A DNA stretch of 64,000 bases from a phage, in sequence record PZ452581.1. One strand, 5' to 3'. Shown in pieces: positions 11,142 to 21,271 of this stretch. Within the stretch, counting starts at the first letter, position 1. Each line of letters opens with the position of its first letter. The notes beneath the pieces were generated by a model, which searched no databases, was not told the DNA's origin, and saw only the letters and a list, made by a program, of their open reading frames with translations. Position numbers and translations under genes: made by a program.

Positions 11142-12320
11142 TTAAAAATATTTTTTAAAACTCATCATAACTTTATCATCAACATCATTATCAATCTGTG
11201 CTACAAGGTAAGATGACAGTTCTACTTCTTGCGGCGCGGATTGAACATTATCAGAATTAAGGTATTCACGAATCCAAGGATATGGATGTTTAACCGGAGC
11301 ATCGGTAATTGGACATGGAAGACCACACTGTTTCATACGAGATACAGTTAAGTAATCAATAAAGCTCCACATGCTATTTGTATTTAATCCAGGAACATCG
11401 CCATCTTTAAATAAATGAACTGCCCAATCTTTTTCTTGGCGGTTAACTTCCATGAAAATATCAACTGCTTCTTGTTCACACTCTTGAGCAATTTTAACCC
11501 ATTCATCGCCATCAGTACCAGATTGAAGTTGACGAATAATATATTGGGTGCCTTTAAGGTGAAGCTGTTCATCGCGTGCAATGAACTTCATAATCTTGGC
11601 ATTACCTTCCATGATTTCCATGTTCTTATGGAAGTTAAAGGTACATGCGAAAGATACATAAAAACGAATAGCTTCCAATGCATTGATTACATGCAAACAG
11701 AGGTAAAGAGATTTCATTAGCTCACGCTTCCAATATGTCTCATGCTCAATAGCATCTTCAATAACGTCTTCGTCTGCATTAATTTCTTTTTGGTATTCGA
11801 TATCAGCTTTAGCGTTTTCCCAATAACGAGTTTTAATCAGAACATCATCATAATAACGTCCAATGGATTCAGCACGTTTCATAATAGCTTCATCTAATAC
11901 AATTTCATCAAATACCTTCGATGGATCAGTATAAAGATTTCGCATGATATGAGTATATGAACGACTGTGAATAGTTTCACTAAAAGTCCATGTAGCAACC
12001 CATGTATCAAGGCTTGGGTCTGAAATTAATGACATAAGTACAGCAGATGGCGCGCGACCCTGAATGCTATCTAAAAGTGATTGATACTTCAAGTTGTTAG
12101 TAAAAATATTTTGCTGATACTGAGGAAGCTTATTAAACTGTGCAGCATCCATCATCAAGTTTACTTCTTCAGGACGCCAGAAAAATGATAATTGCTTTTC
12201 GGTTAAATCTTCAAAAACTTTATGACGTTGAATATCATAACGCGCAATACCAAGACCTGAACCAAAAAACATAGGTTCTTTTAAAACATCAACTGGATTT
12301 GTATTAAAAACTGTGCTCAT
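11142..12320 (-). CDS. nrdB: ribonucleotide reductase small subunit (class Ia R2)
   Basis: 392-aa uninterrupted ORF; di-iron ligand region ARDEQLH; no intron. Confidence 0.9.
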   Translation of the reverse strand: MSTVFNTNPVDVLKEPMFFGSGLGIARYDIQRHKVFEDLTEKQLSFFWRPEEVNLMMDAAQFNKLPQYQQNIFTNNLKYQSLLDSIQGRAPSAVLMSLISDPSLDTWVATWTFSETIHSRSYTHIMRNLYTDPSKVFDEIVLDEAIMKRAESIGRYYDDVLIKTRYWENAKADIEYQKEINADEDVIEDAIEHETYWKRELMKSLYLCLHVINALEAIRFYVSFACTFNFHKNMEIMEGNAKIMKFIARDEQLHLKGTQYIIRQLQSGTDGDEWVKIAQECEQEAVDIFMEVNRQEKDWAVHLFKDGDVPGLNTNSMWSFIDYLTVSRMKQCGLPCPITDAPVKHPYPWIREYLNSDNVQSAPQEVELSSYLVAQIDNDVDDKVMMSFKKYF

Positions 12321-12371
12321 AAATTTTCCGCTTAGTTAATAGATAGTGACTCGTCCATGAGTCAAATTATA

Positions 12372-14636
12372 TCATAATTTACAGGATGAACAATCTTCAG
12401 CTTTTGGAGTTTCTATTTCATAATCATCAGTACCAGAACCATCGCGAGTATTATGATAATAGAAATTTTTTCCGCCAAAATACCAAAAATACAAAAGGTC
12501 ATCAATCATTATTGACATTGGAACCTTTCCTTTTGGAAAAATCTGCGGGTCATAATATGTATTCGCTGAAGCTGATTGACATACCCATTTAAGCATAATA
12601 GCTACCTGCGTAAGATAAGGTTTATTACCTTTCTTAGCTAATTTCCACGTATAATCATAGAGGTCTATGTTATGCTCAATATTGGGCACGACTTGATTAA
12701 AGGAACCCTCTTTTGATTCTTTAACAGAGACTGGTCCACGTGGAGGCTCGATACCGTTTGTACTGTTAGAAACTTGGGAAGATGACTCACATGGCATAAG
12801 TGCTGATAATGTGCTATTACGGATGCCAAAGAGCTTAAGGTCTTCCCGCAGCGACGACCAGTCACAAACGTATTTTGGAGCTGCGATTTGGTCAATCTTT
12901 TTATTGTACCAGTCGATAGGTAATTCGCCTCGAGACCAACGAGTGTCTGAATAATATTCGCAAGGTCCTTTTTCTTTGGCGAGTTTAATGGATGCTTTAA
13001 TGAGTCCATACTGTAATCTCTCAAATAGTTCATGTGTTAAATCGTTAGCATCTTCATAAGAAGCAAAATTACTTGCCAGCCAAGCTGCATAGTTAGTAAC
13101 ACCTACACCGAGATTTCGACGCTTTTTAGCTTTTTCTGCTTCAGGAACTGGATATCCTTGGTAATCCAAAAGATTATCAAGAGCACGAACTTGAACTTCT
13201 GCCAATTCATTAATTTTATCTTGGTCTTGCCAATCGAAGTTATCTAACACAAATGCAGATAACGTACACAGTCCAATTTCGGCATCAGGACTATTCACGT
13301 CATTTGTTGGAATAGCAATTTCACAACACAAGTTGCTCTGACGAATAGGTGCCTTTTCACGAATAAATGGAGTATAGTTATTCGTATTATCAATGAACTG
13401 CACATAAATCCTTGCTGTTCCTGAGCGTTCAGTCATGAGTAATTCAAACAGTTCACGGGCTTTAATACGCTTTTTACGAATATTAGGGTCTTTTTCTGCG
13501 GCTTCATATAATTCACGGAAACGGTCTTGGTCTTTAAAATAAGAATAATAAAGCTCACCACCCATTTCATGCGGACTGAACAAAGTAATGTAATCATTCC
13601 TTCCGAATCGTTCCATCATTAGGTCATTCAGTTGAACGCCATAATCCATATGACGGATACGGTTTTCTTCTACACCTTTGTTATTTTTCAAAACGAGAAG
13701 ATTTTCAACTTCCAAATGCCAAATAGGATAATAAGCAGTAGCAGCGCCGCCACGAATTCCACCCTGTGAGCATGATTTAACAGCAGTCTGAAAATGTTTC
13801 CAAAAAGGAATAACACCAGTATGACGTACTTCACCTGTGCCAATCTTAGAACCTTCAGCACGAATCATACCAACGTTAATACCAATTCCAGCGCGTTTGG
13901 AGATATATTCAACAATTGAAGCGGAAGCCTTATTGATAGACTTCAGCGAATCACCTGCCTCAATAACAACACATGAACTAAACTGTCGAGTCGGAGTACG
14001 ACAGCCAGCCATAATAGGAGTTGGCAATGAAATCTGTCGAGTAGATACTGCTTCATAAAAACGAATAACATGTTTTAATCTATCAACAGGTTCATCTTGA
14101 TGTAATGCCATTCCAATAGTCATAAATGCAAACTGTGGAGTTTCATAAATTTGACCAGTGGTTTTATCTTTAACTAAATATTTTTCTTTTAATTGCATCG
14201 CCCCGGAATAAGTAAATTCCATATCCCGCTCATGCTTAATTTTTGATTCTAAAAATGTAATTTCTTCGGCAGAATATTTTGACAACAATTCAGGGTCGTA
14301 TTTACCTTCATTTACACAGTAAGAAATATGGTCAATAAATGAGCATGGTTCATACTGACCATAAACATGCTTACGAAGAGCGAACATTAAACAGCGTGCA
14401 GCTACGTATTGATAATCAGGCTCTTCAACCGAAATAGAATTCGCAGCAGCCTTAATTACAATGGTTTGAATGTCATCAGTGGTCATTCCATCACGGAGAT
14501 ATGATTTAATATTTTCATATAATTCATAAGGATCTACAGATGTTCCTTCAGCTGCCCAAGATAAAACTTTAATAATTTTTTGCGGGTCAAAGCTCTGAGA
14601 AACACCACTACTTTTGATAATATTAATTAATTGCAT
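12372..14636 (-). CDS. nrdA: ribonucleotide reductase large subunit (class Ia R1)
   Basis: 754 aa; N-terminal ATP-cone, active-site SNLCCEI. Confidence 0.9.
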   Translation of the reverse strand: MQLINIIKSSGVSQSFDPQKIIKVLSWAAEGTSVDPYELYENIKSYLRDGMTTDDIQTIVIKAAANSISVEEPDYQYVAARCLMFALRKHVYGQYEPCSFIDHISYCVNEGKYDPELLSKYSAEEITFLESKIKHERDMEFTYSGAMQLKEKYLVKDKTTGQIYETPQFAFMTIGMALHQDEPVDRLKHVIRFYEAVSTRQISLPTPIMAGCRTPTRQFSSCVVIEAGDSLKSINKASASIVEYISKRAGIGINVGMIRAEGSKIGTGEVRHTGVIPFWKHFQTAVKSCSQGGIRGGAATAYYPIWHLEVENLLVLKNNKGVEENRIRHMDYGVQLNDLMMERFGRNDYITLFSPHEMGGELYYSYFKDQDRFRELYEAAEKDPNIRKKRIKARELFELLMTERSGTARIYVQFIDNTNNYTPFIREKAPIRQSNLCCEIAIPTNDVNSPDAEIGLCTLSAFVLDNFDWQDQDKINELAEVQVRALDNLLDYQGYPVPEAEKAKKRRNLGVGVTNYAAWLASNFASYEDANDLTHELFERLQYGLIKASIKLAKEKGPCEYYSDTRWSRGELPIDWYNKKIDQIAAPKYVCDWSSLREDLKLFGIRNSTLSALMPCESSSQVSNSTNGIEPPRGPVSVKESKEGSFNQVVPNIEHNIDLYDYTWKLAKKGNKPYLTQVAIMLKWVCQSASANTYYDPQIFPKGKVPMSIMIDDLLYFWYFGGKNFYYHNTRDGSGTDDYEIETPKAEDCSSCKL

Positions 14637-14953
14637 AAGTCCTCAACTTGAAAATCGTCTTTAAACAATCGGTTAACTATATGAGCTATTATATCACCAT
14701 GACACGGCTTTGGTTTACATGTGCATCCTAGCCTCATTCCACGTAAAGGCTCTAAATGTGCTTTAGTTATTTCTCCGGATTTAATTCGACGTATAAAATC
14801 TTTTTTGAATAATTCAATGGCAGCCTCCCGGCTGCCAGCATCTTTACCGACGTAATTTCCCCAAAATGTACCACGGTGAATATTAACATCAAAGTCGGAT
14901 TTATATTTATTCACTACCCGGCATAGACGGCCCGCGTGGTAATAATTCGTCAT
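14627..14953 (-). CDS. hypothetical Cys/His-motif protein (nrdA.1-like position)
   Basis: 108-aa ORF; [11 protein letters not shown] motif. Confidence 0.55.
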   Translation of the reverse strand: MTNYYHAGRLCRVVNKYKSDFDVNIHRGTFWGNYVGKDAGSREAAIELFKKDFIRRIKSGEITKAHLEPLRGMRLGCTCKPKPCHGDIIAHIVNRLFKDDFQVEDLCN

Positions 14954-15182
14954 ATTGTTTTTCCGTTAAAACAGTAATATCATAATAACAATCAGAAGAA
15001 GTTTTAACTGTAGAAATTTTATTATCAAAATACTCACGAGTCATTTTATGAGTATAATATTTTTTACCATAAATTATAATAGGCTGTTCTGGTCCTGGAA
15101 CTTCTAACTCGCTTGGATTAGGAAGTGTAAAAAGAACAACACCAGAAGTATCCTTAAATCGTAAAATCATATATCCTCTCAA
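14907..15182 (-). CDS. hypothetical protein (nrdA.2-like position)
   Basis: 91-aa ORF overlapping neighbour. Confidence 0.5.
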   Translation of the reverse strand: MRGYMILRFKDTSGVVLFTLPNPSELEVPGPEQPIIIYGKKYYTHKMTREYFDNKISTVKTSSDCYYDITVLTEKQYDELLPRGPSMPGSE

Positions 15183-15193
15183 TTAAATTAAAA

Positions 15194-16054
15194 TTACACC
15201 GCCATCTTTCCTTTCAAGACACCATGGGACTGATAATCTTTGAGAACGAAATCTCGTGCTGTCATATATTCAGTTAACCAATACATTTGAGTTTCAGTAT
15301 CGCATTGACTGAATCCATTAGGCCAATTAATACTGAGTTTGCATAGATCCATAGGAGTTCTATTTAATATCTCTTTGCATTGCTCAATATGGTTAGAATA
15401 AATGTGTGTATTACCACCCGAGAATACCAAATCGCCCGGAACTAGTTCACACATGTCAGCAACAATATGCAAAAGAGCAGCATAACTCGCGATGTTAAAT
15501 GGAAGACCGAGGAAAACATCTACCGAACGTTGATACCATTGGAGGTCAAGGTATCCGTTACGCACATTAAACTGATAGAACATATGACAAGGAGGTAATG
15601 CCATCTGCTTGAGTTCAGCTGGATTCCATGCCGACACAATTTGACGCCTATCGTTGGGAAATGTTTTAATACGATTAACAACTTCTACAATTTGATCTAC
15701 ACCACCAAAATCACGCCACTGTTTTCCGTAAATTGGACCAAGTTCACCGCTATGATAACCTAAGTCTTTGGCCTGGTTTTCGTAGTTTTCATCCCAAATT
15801 GTTTTTCCTGCAATTAAAGATCCATGAGTACGTTGACGTAAATCATTTACGTTAGTACTTCCTGATAAGAACCACAATAACTCAGAAATACATGCATTCC
15901 AGGCGAGCTTCTTAGTCGTTACTGCAGGAAAACCTTTAGTTAAATCCCAGCGTAATTTAGTACCGAACAAAGCAATTGTTCCTGTGCCTGTTCGGTCATC
16001 AGTTTCATAGCCATTTTCAAAAATGTCTTTAATTAAATCTTGGTATTGTTTCAT
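15194..16054 (-). CDS. td: thymidylate synthase
   Basis: 286 aa uninterrupted; ThyA active-site LPPCH; no group I intron. Confidence 0.95.
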   Translation of the reverse strand: MKQYQDLIKDIFENGYETDDRTGTGTIALFGTKLRWDLTKGFPAVTTKKLAWNACISELLWFLSGSTNVNDLRQRTHGSLIAGKTIWDENYENQAKDLGYHSGELGPIYGKQWRDFGGVDQIVEVVNRIKTFPNDRRQIVSAWNPAELKQMALPPCHMFYQFNVRNGYLDLQWYQRSVDVFLGLPFNIASYAALLHIVADMCELVPGDLVFSGGNTHIYSNHIEQCKEILNRTPMDLCKLSINWPNGFSQCDTETQMYWLTEYMTARDFVLKDYQSHGVLKGKMAV

Positions 16055-16098
16055 TTAGTACCTTATATAAATTATAATACATTTTATGAAGCTAATAA

Positions 16099-16446
16099 TC
16101 AATACGGTTTAGCATCAAATTTTCTTTCAATTTCAGGCGTAAAATACAATTCTTTACCACGCTTGGAAAAGCGACCAATAATATGATAATTATTCTCATC
16201 AAACGTGATATTGCCGATATCCATAGCTTTCAACCAAATATCGATATTTCTGTCAAGCTTTATATCAAAATTCCAATACGGAGAACTATTACCGAAAATA
16301 CTACAAGCGGATTCAGTGAAACAACTGCTATAAATCTTGTCTTTAGGAACTACTAATTGATAGACGCCTTTAATAAACTGAGGACCCTGCCATTTTGGTT
16401 GTTTCGCGTCTTTTTCTAATAGAATAGGGTAATAATTAAAATTCAT
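16099..16446 (-). CDS. hypothetical protein inserted between frd and td
   Basis: 115-aa ORF occupying the frd-td junction. Confidence 0.5.
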   Translation of the reverse strand: MNFNYYPILLEKDAKQPKWQGPQFIKGVYQLVVPKDKIYSSCFTESACSIFGNSSPYWNFDIKLDRNIDIWLKAMDIGNITFDENNYHIIGRFSKRGKELYFTPEIERKFDAKPY

Positions 16447-16465
16447 ATTTTCCGCCAGCGTTATT

Positions 16466-17292
<827 letters not shown>

Positions 17293-17303
17293 ATTATCTC
17301 CTA

Positions 17304-17636
17304 TTAAAAAGGATCAGGAACATATCCGCTAGCTTTAATCATTTTAATTAACGTTAACATTCCTTTGTTAACTGCTCGTGAGATTTCATCAAAAACTTCA
17401 TCACTAAAAAGTTCTAACACGCCCTTCTGAACTTTTAATTTACAGCCAATAATTTCTTCATCGCCTATAGTAAATTCATTACCACCAATTCCACCGAAAA
17501 ACTTAATTACGCCAGTTAACTGTCTTCCACGAGAATATGGATCATGTGATAAAGTAATATGAGTCACCCCAGGTACAGTTTTAAATTGACAGCGAATGTT
17601 TACTTGAGCAATTCCAGTTACATGAATGTCAGACAT
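17304..17636 (-). CDS. hypothetical protein (frd.2-like)
   Basis: 110-aa ORF. Confidence 0.55.
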   Translation of the reverse strand: MSDIHVTGIAQVNIRCQFKTVPGVTHITLSHDPYSRGRQLTGVIKFFGGIGGNEFTIGDEEIIGCKLKVQKGVLELFSDEVFDEISRAVNKGMLTLIKMIKASGYVPDPF

Positions 17637-17646
17637 AATATTTTCC

Positions 17647-17889
17647 TCAAACAGACTTTTTCACAGTTTTCCAATCAGCTTTAAACTGATCAACATCAGA
17701 ATGGTAAATCCAGAATCCTGCGCTTTCTCCATCTTCATAAAGAGGACATCCATCGCATTCATCTTCCCATCCCATATCACGCAAAAGACGTTCAGCTTTT
17801 TCAACAAGTTCAGAATCTTTACCGATGATATTAAAATACCATTTACCTCTAACTTCTGAATCTTTGATGCTTTGGCGTTGTAATCTCAT
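17647..17889 (-). CDS. hypothetical protein (frd.3-like)
   Basis: 80-aa ORF; early promoter motif at 17905-17947 upstream. Confidence 0.55.
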   Translation of the reverse strand: MRLQRQSIKDSEVRGKWYFNIIGKDSELVEKAERLLRDMGWEDECDGCPLYEDGESAGFWIYHSDVDQFKADWKTVKKSV

Positions 17890-17904
17890 TTTATTCTCCT
17901 CAGT

Positions 17905-17947
17905 AGTTGATAGGGTAATAGTATCACACTACTACCCTGTTGTAAAC
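17905..17947 (-). promoter_or_regulatory. early promoter-like element (GTTTAC, spacer, TG-extended -10)
   Basis: Minus strand reads GTTTACAACAGGGTAGTAGTGTGATACTATTACC. Confidence 0.5.
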
Positions 17948-17949
17948 AA

Positions 17950-18252
17950 TTATTTTTGAATTTTATCGAGCCACTTACCAAGCTTAATCATTTCTTTAGT
18001 AGCCTTTTCCATACTTCTGAACTTAACCAATAGAGGATAGGTATCGACACCCATAACTAAACTGGTTACAAGACTGTGTTCACCCACAAGCCATAATGAA
18101 TACGTTTGAATATCGAGTCCGTAATTTCTGTCTTTATGGACCCGTACACCCATCACTTCAAATTTCTCACTAGCTTTTTCTACCGCATCCAGGAAATCAT
18201 CTTTAGTCATATTAGGCCTTAAAAGTTTTTCGCAAAAGTTCAATGATTTCAT
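17950..18252 (-). CDS. hypothetical protein
   Basis: 100-aa ORF (start may be the internal Met). Confidence 0.5.
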   Translation of the reverse strand: MKSLNFCEKLLRPNMTKDDFLDAVEKASEKFEVMGVRVHKDRNYGLDIQTYSLWLVGEHSLVTSLVMGVDTYPLLVKFRSMEKATKEMIKLGKWLDKIQK

Positions 18253-18613
18253 CTACATTGTTTTCATCAACAATGCAGTGAATTTTTGTTACGTCAGAAA
18301 CCTTGTCTTCGACTTTATCTTCTTCAGAAGTTGGTTCTTTATATTCGCGGAAACAATAAAACTCTTCTTCACTAAGTTCAAAATAATCATCACCCATACC
18401 ATCATCATTATAGATTTCACCGTTAGCACAAATGATTTCGGTTACATAATCAAAGCCATCTAAACTTAATATTGATTTAACTTCAAACCAACCACCATTT
18501 TCTTGAATGATGCCGACCATATTAGCATTTGATGAACTAATATCAATGAAAGATTTAATACGGTGTGGATTTAACTCATATTTTTTGCCGATTTCCATTT
18601 TGATTTTCCTCAT
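18212..18613 (-). CDS. hypothetical acidic protein
   Basis: 133-aa ORF. Confidence 0.55.
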   Translation of the reverse strand: MRKIKMEIGKKYELNPHRIKSFIDISSSNANMVGIIQENGGWFEVKSILSLDGFDYVTEIICANGEIYNDDGMGDDYFELSEEEFYCFREYKEPTSEEDKVEDKVSDVTKIHCIVDENNVDEIIELLRKTFKA

Positions 18614-18643
18614 TTTAATAGGGGCTTGATAGCCCCTTGATAA

Positions 18644-18895
18644 TTATTGTTCAATCAGTCCCATGTAGAATTCTGCGTCTTCAGAATCCATGCCATCACA
18701 ATATTCATTAGCCATAAAGCGGGTGAGGTCTTCAAGAGGACCTTCAATGACAATAGAAAAATTGCAATAATTGGGATCATCATGAATACTTGTGATACTA
18801 AGTTCAGGATAACGATTACGAATAATCTCTTCAATATATTCAAAATCAACGATGTCAATATCAACTTTAGCCATATTATTTTCCTCTTTAATCAT
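18644..18895 (-). CDS. hypothetical acidic protein
   Basis: 83-aa ORF; promoter motif upstream at 18914-18947. Confidence 0.55.
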   Translation of the reverse strand: MIKEENNMAKVDIDIVDFEYIEEIIRNRYPELSITSIHDDPNYCNFSIVIEGPLEDLTRFMANEYCDGMDSEDAEFYMGLIEQ

Positions 18896-18913
18896 CAGCA
18901 GTATTGCCGATAG

Positions 18914-18947
18914 TTGTATAGTACCATAAAGCTTTATGCTTGTAAAC
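18914..18947 (-). promoter_or_regulatory. early promoter-like element
   Basis: Minus strand GTTTACAAGCATAAAGCTTTATGGTACTATACAACTATC; part of a 75-bp module repeated at 36065-36145. Confidence 0.55.
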
Positions 18948-18970
18948 CGTTTTGTGAAAAAATTTTTGAA

Positions 18971-18997
18971 ATAAAAAAGGGGACCTCTAGGGTCCCC
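18971..18997 (-). terminator. intrinsic terminator downstream of gene 32
   Basis: GGGGACC-loop-GGTCCCC hairpin at 18979-18997 followed on minus transcript by U-run (plus A-run 18973-18978). Confidence 0.7.
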
Positions 18998-19019
18998 AAT
19001 TAATTAGTAATATAATCTA

Positions 19020-19928
19020 TTAAAGGTCATTCAAAAGGTCATCCAGGTCCGTGTCATCAGCACTAGATGAACTGCCAGAGCTTGAGCTCATAAAATCATC
19101 TTCAGTTTTTGTGTTAAAATCATCAACATTGAATGCATCCAAATCATCAGCAACTTTATCAGCTTTCTTAGCAGCAGTTGCAGCGGCACCGCCCATCACA
19201 GCAGTTCCCATAACTTGACCGAATTTAGTATTCAGTTCTTCAAACGATTTGAATTTATCTTTAGAAGTCATTTCAGAAAGGTCAACCATTTGTTCGAACA
19301 GTTCTTTCTGGAAAGATTCATCGTCAATGTTTGGAATCGCAGATTGATTCAGGAATTTAGATTCGTCGTAGTTACTAAATCCAGAAACTTGTTTAACTTT
19401 CAGTACAAAGTTAGCACCTTCCCACGGACAAGTTACATCAACCGGAGTTTCACCCATTTCAACATCAACTGCAATCATTGCGTTGATTTTATCCCAGATT
19501 TTCTTACCGAAACGGTATTTAAATACTTTACCTTCATTTTCTGGAGCAGCTGGGTCTTTTACTACAAGAATGTTAGCCCAGTAAGAAGTTTTACGTTTAA
19601 CAAGACTGTACTCTTTATTGTCAGTGTTGTACAAATCATTTTTACTGATGTACTGACATACTGGACAAGAATCGTAATCACCGTGGGTAGATGAGCAATT
19701 TTCGATATACCATTTACCGTTTTTCTTGAAACCGTGATTTACAAGAATTGCGAATGGTGCTTGTTCATCATTTTTAGACGGAAGAAAACGAATTACTGCT
19801 TGACCGTTACCCGCATTGTCGAGTTTCAGTTTCCACTCGCCTTTATCTTCAGAAGAAAAACCACCTTTATTTCCAGCCAATTTAGCCATTTGTGCAGCGA
19901 GTTCAGCAGTAGATTTACGTTTAAACAT
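19020..19928 (-). CDS. 32: single-stranded DNA-binding protein
   Basis: 302 aa; [17 protein letters not shown]..., acidic Ser/Asp-rich C-terminus; recognised as T4 gp32. Confidence 0.95.
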   Translation of the reverse strand: MFKRKSTAELAAQMAKLAGNKGGFSSEDKGEWKLKLDNAGNGQAVIRFLPSKNDEQAPFAILVNHGFKKNGKWYIENCSSTHGDYDSCPVCQYISKNDLYNTDNKEYSLVKRKTSYWANILVVKDPAAPENEGKVFKYRFGKKIWDKINAMIAVDVEMGETPVDVTCPWEGANFVLKVKQVSGFSNYDESKFLNQSAIPNIDDESFQKELFEQMVDLSEMTSKDKFKSFEELNTKFGQVMGTAVMGGAAATAAKKADKVADDLDAFNVDDFNTKTEDDFMSSSSGSSSSADDTDLDDLLNDL

Positions 19929-20000
19929 TTTTATTTCCTTTTTAATTTAATTAACAGTTGGTGCTATGACGATGTATGACCTCATAGCTGGTCAGTGAGA
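19929..20000 (-). promoter_or_regulatory. gene 32 translational operator leader (pseudoknot region plus unstructured UUAAAUUAAA tract)
   Basis: Minus strand reads ...GCTATGAGGTCATACATCGTCATAGCACCAACTGTTAATTAAATTAAAAAGGAAATAAAAATG, matching the T4 gene 32 autoregulatory leader as I recall it. Confidence 0.6.
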
Positions 20001-20012
20001 TAATTATAATCT

Positions 20013-20020
20013 ATTTATAA
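20013..20020 (-). promoter_or_regulatory. late promoter TATAAATA upstream of gene 32
   Basis: Exact TATAAATA on minus strand. Confidence 0.5.
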
Positions 20021-20027
20021 TAAGCAA

Positions 20028-20681
20028 TTAATACTTACAAGATTTCACAGTTTCAATAAAAACTTTTTTAGCTTCCTGTGAATCAATATTTAAAATTTTT
20101 CTATAAGCCTTTAATTTTATAGAATAATTATTCCAGACTAAATTATCAGTCTGTTCATCATGTTTATCAATTATATTTAAAAACGAATCAAGCAAGATAA
20201 ACGTCTCAAACGAAATTATATTTGATTGAAGTAGTTTAAAAATATAACTTGATTGAACTTTTGGATTATACTCAAAAATTTCTTTAAAAGCAGAAACTTC
20301 AACTTTTTTACTAAAATAATAAATGTTGCGAATATCTTCTTCAAACTTAAATTTAATTTGCTTTAAGCGTCCGATATATTCACGATAAAACACAAGTGCA
20401 TCAGCGTCAGAGATGTCACCAATCCAAGCATCTTGGTTAGCAACCAAATTACTTATAAAGATTAAAGCAAGTTCCTTTAATTTATATTTTTCTGATAACT
20501 TCTGGAAAAAATACTTATCCCTTCGCTTTTGATAAGCGGCATCAGACACCCGCATGCACCAATTATACTTAATAACATCATACTTTCCATTCATATGTTG
20601 TTTTATCATTAAGTATAATTTATAAACTGATTTACCATCAATATATCTTTCACCACCAGCAGGCATGCGGAGTTTAATCAT
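20028..20681 (-). CDS. 59: gp59 helicase loader
   Basis: 217 aa; sequence recognised as T4 gp59. Confidence 0.9.
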   Translation of the reverse strand: MIKLRMPAGGERYIDGKSVYKLYLMIKQHMNGKYDVIKYNWCMRVSDAAYQKRRDKYFFQKLSEKYKLKELALIFISNLVANQDAWIGDISDADALVFYREYIGRLKQIKFKFEEDIRNIYYFSKKVEVSAFKEIFEYNPKVQSSYIFKLLQSNIISFETFILLDSFLNIIDKHDEQTDNLVWNNYSIKLKAYRKILNIDSQEAKKVFIETVKSCKY

Positions 20682-21025
20682 AGTAGAAAATCTAATGTAT
20701 TAGTTTTTTCACAACGAACAACAGAAGGACGTAAAAGATTTTCGTCAATGGCTTCTGACTGAATTTTTTCAATTATACCCGAAGGAATAAATTTAGCAAA
20801 TTGAGTTTCAGGAATAGAATTTTCTTCCAAGAATGCTGTCGTAGCTTCAAGATAACTCATTCCAAACTCTTCTACCATTTTTTCAATAATAAATCCATTT
20901 TCTTGACGATCAAGAAGCTTTGCGATTTCATCTTTTTCCTTTTTAAGGGAAAGTTCTTTTTCTGAAAGCCCGGCCTCATCGACCGGGCGAATATCATTTA
21001 GAGAAAACTGTGTCATAAAGTTCAA
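20678..21025 (-). CDS. 33: gp33 late transcription co-activator
   Basis: 115 aa, ATGA overlap with 59; position as in T4. Confidence 0.8.
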   Translation of the reverse strand: MNFMTQFSLNDIRPVDEAGLSEKELSLKKEKDEIAKLLDRQENGFIIEKMVEEFGMSYLEATTAFLEENSIPETQFAKFIPSGIIEKIQSEAIDENLLRPSVVRCEKTNTLDFLL

Positions 21026-21263
21026 CTACCTCTTCAGTTTCAGCTTCAAACACATCACGGTTATCTTTATGATACAAAGCTAATAGACGATTAAACATCT
21101 TACCATCAACGCCAAGTTCATCTTTAGCACGAATTCGAATATCTTTAATCAGTTCATTATAACCGGAAATTTTCAGTTTATGATCAGATGCTTCTTTAAT
21201 AAATTTAGCCAAGTCTTCGCCGTGGATAGCTTCATCAAATTCAACCATTTCTTTTTTAGCCAT
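20994..21263 (-). CDS. dsbA: double-stranded DNA-binding protein
   Basis: 89 aa, overlaps gene 33 start by 32 nt as expected from T4 synteny. Confidence 0.75.
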   Translation of the reverse strand: MAKKEMVEFDEAIHGEDLAKFIKEASDHKLKISGYNELIKDIRIRAKDELGVDGKMFNRLLALYHKDNRDVFEAETEEVVELYDTVFSK

Positions 21264-21271
21264 TATTCACC

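Noticed and set aside
19215-19694. 159-aa plus-strand ORF antisense to gene 32
   Set aside because: Fully embedded in a conserved gene on the opposite strand; translation is low-complexity (F/N/R-rich), as expected from an AT-rich antisense frame; no ribosome-binding site.
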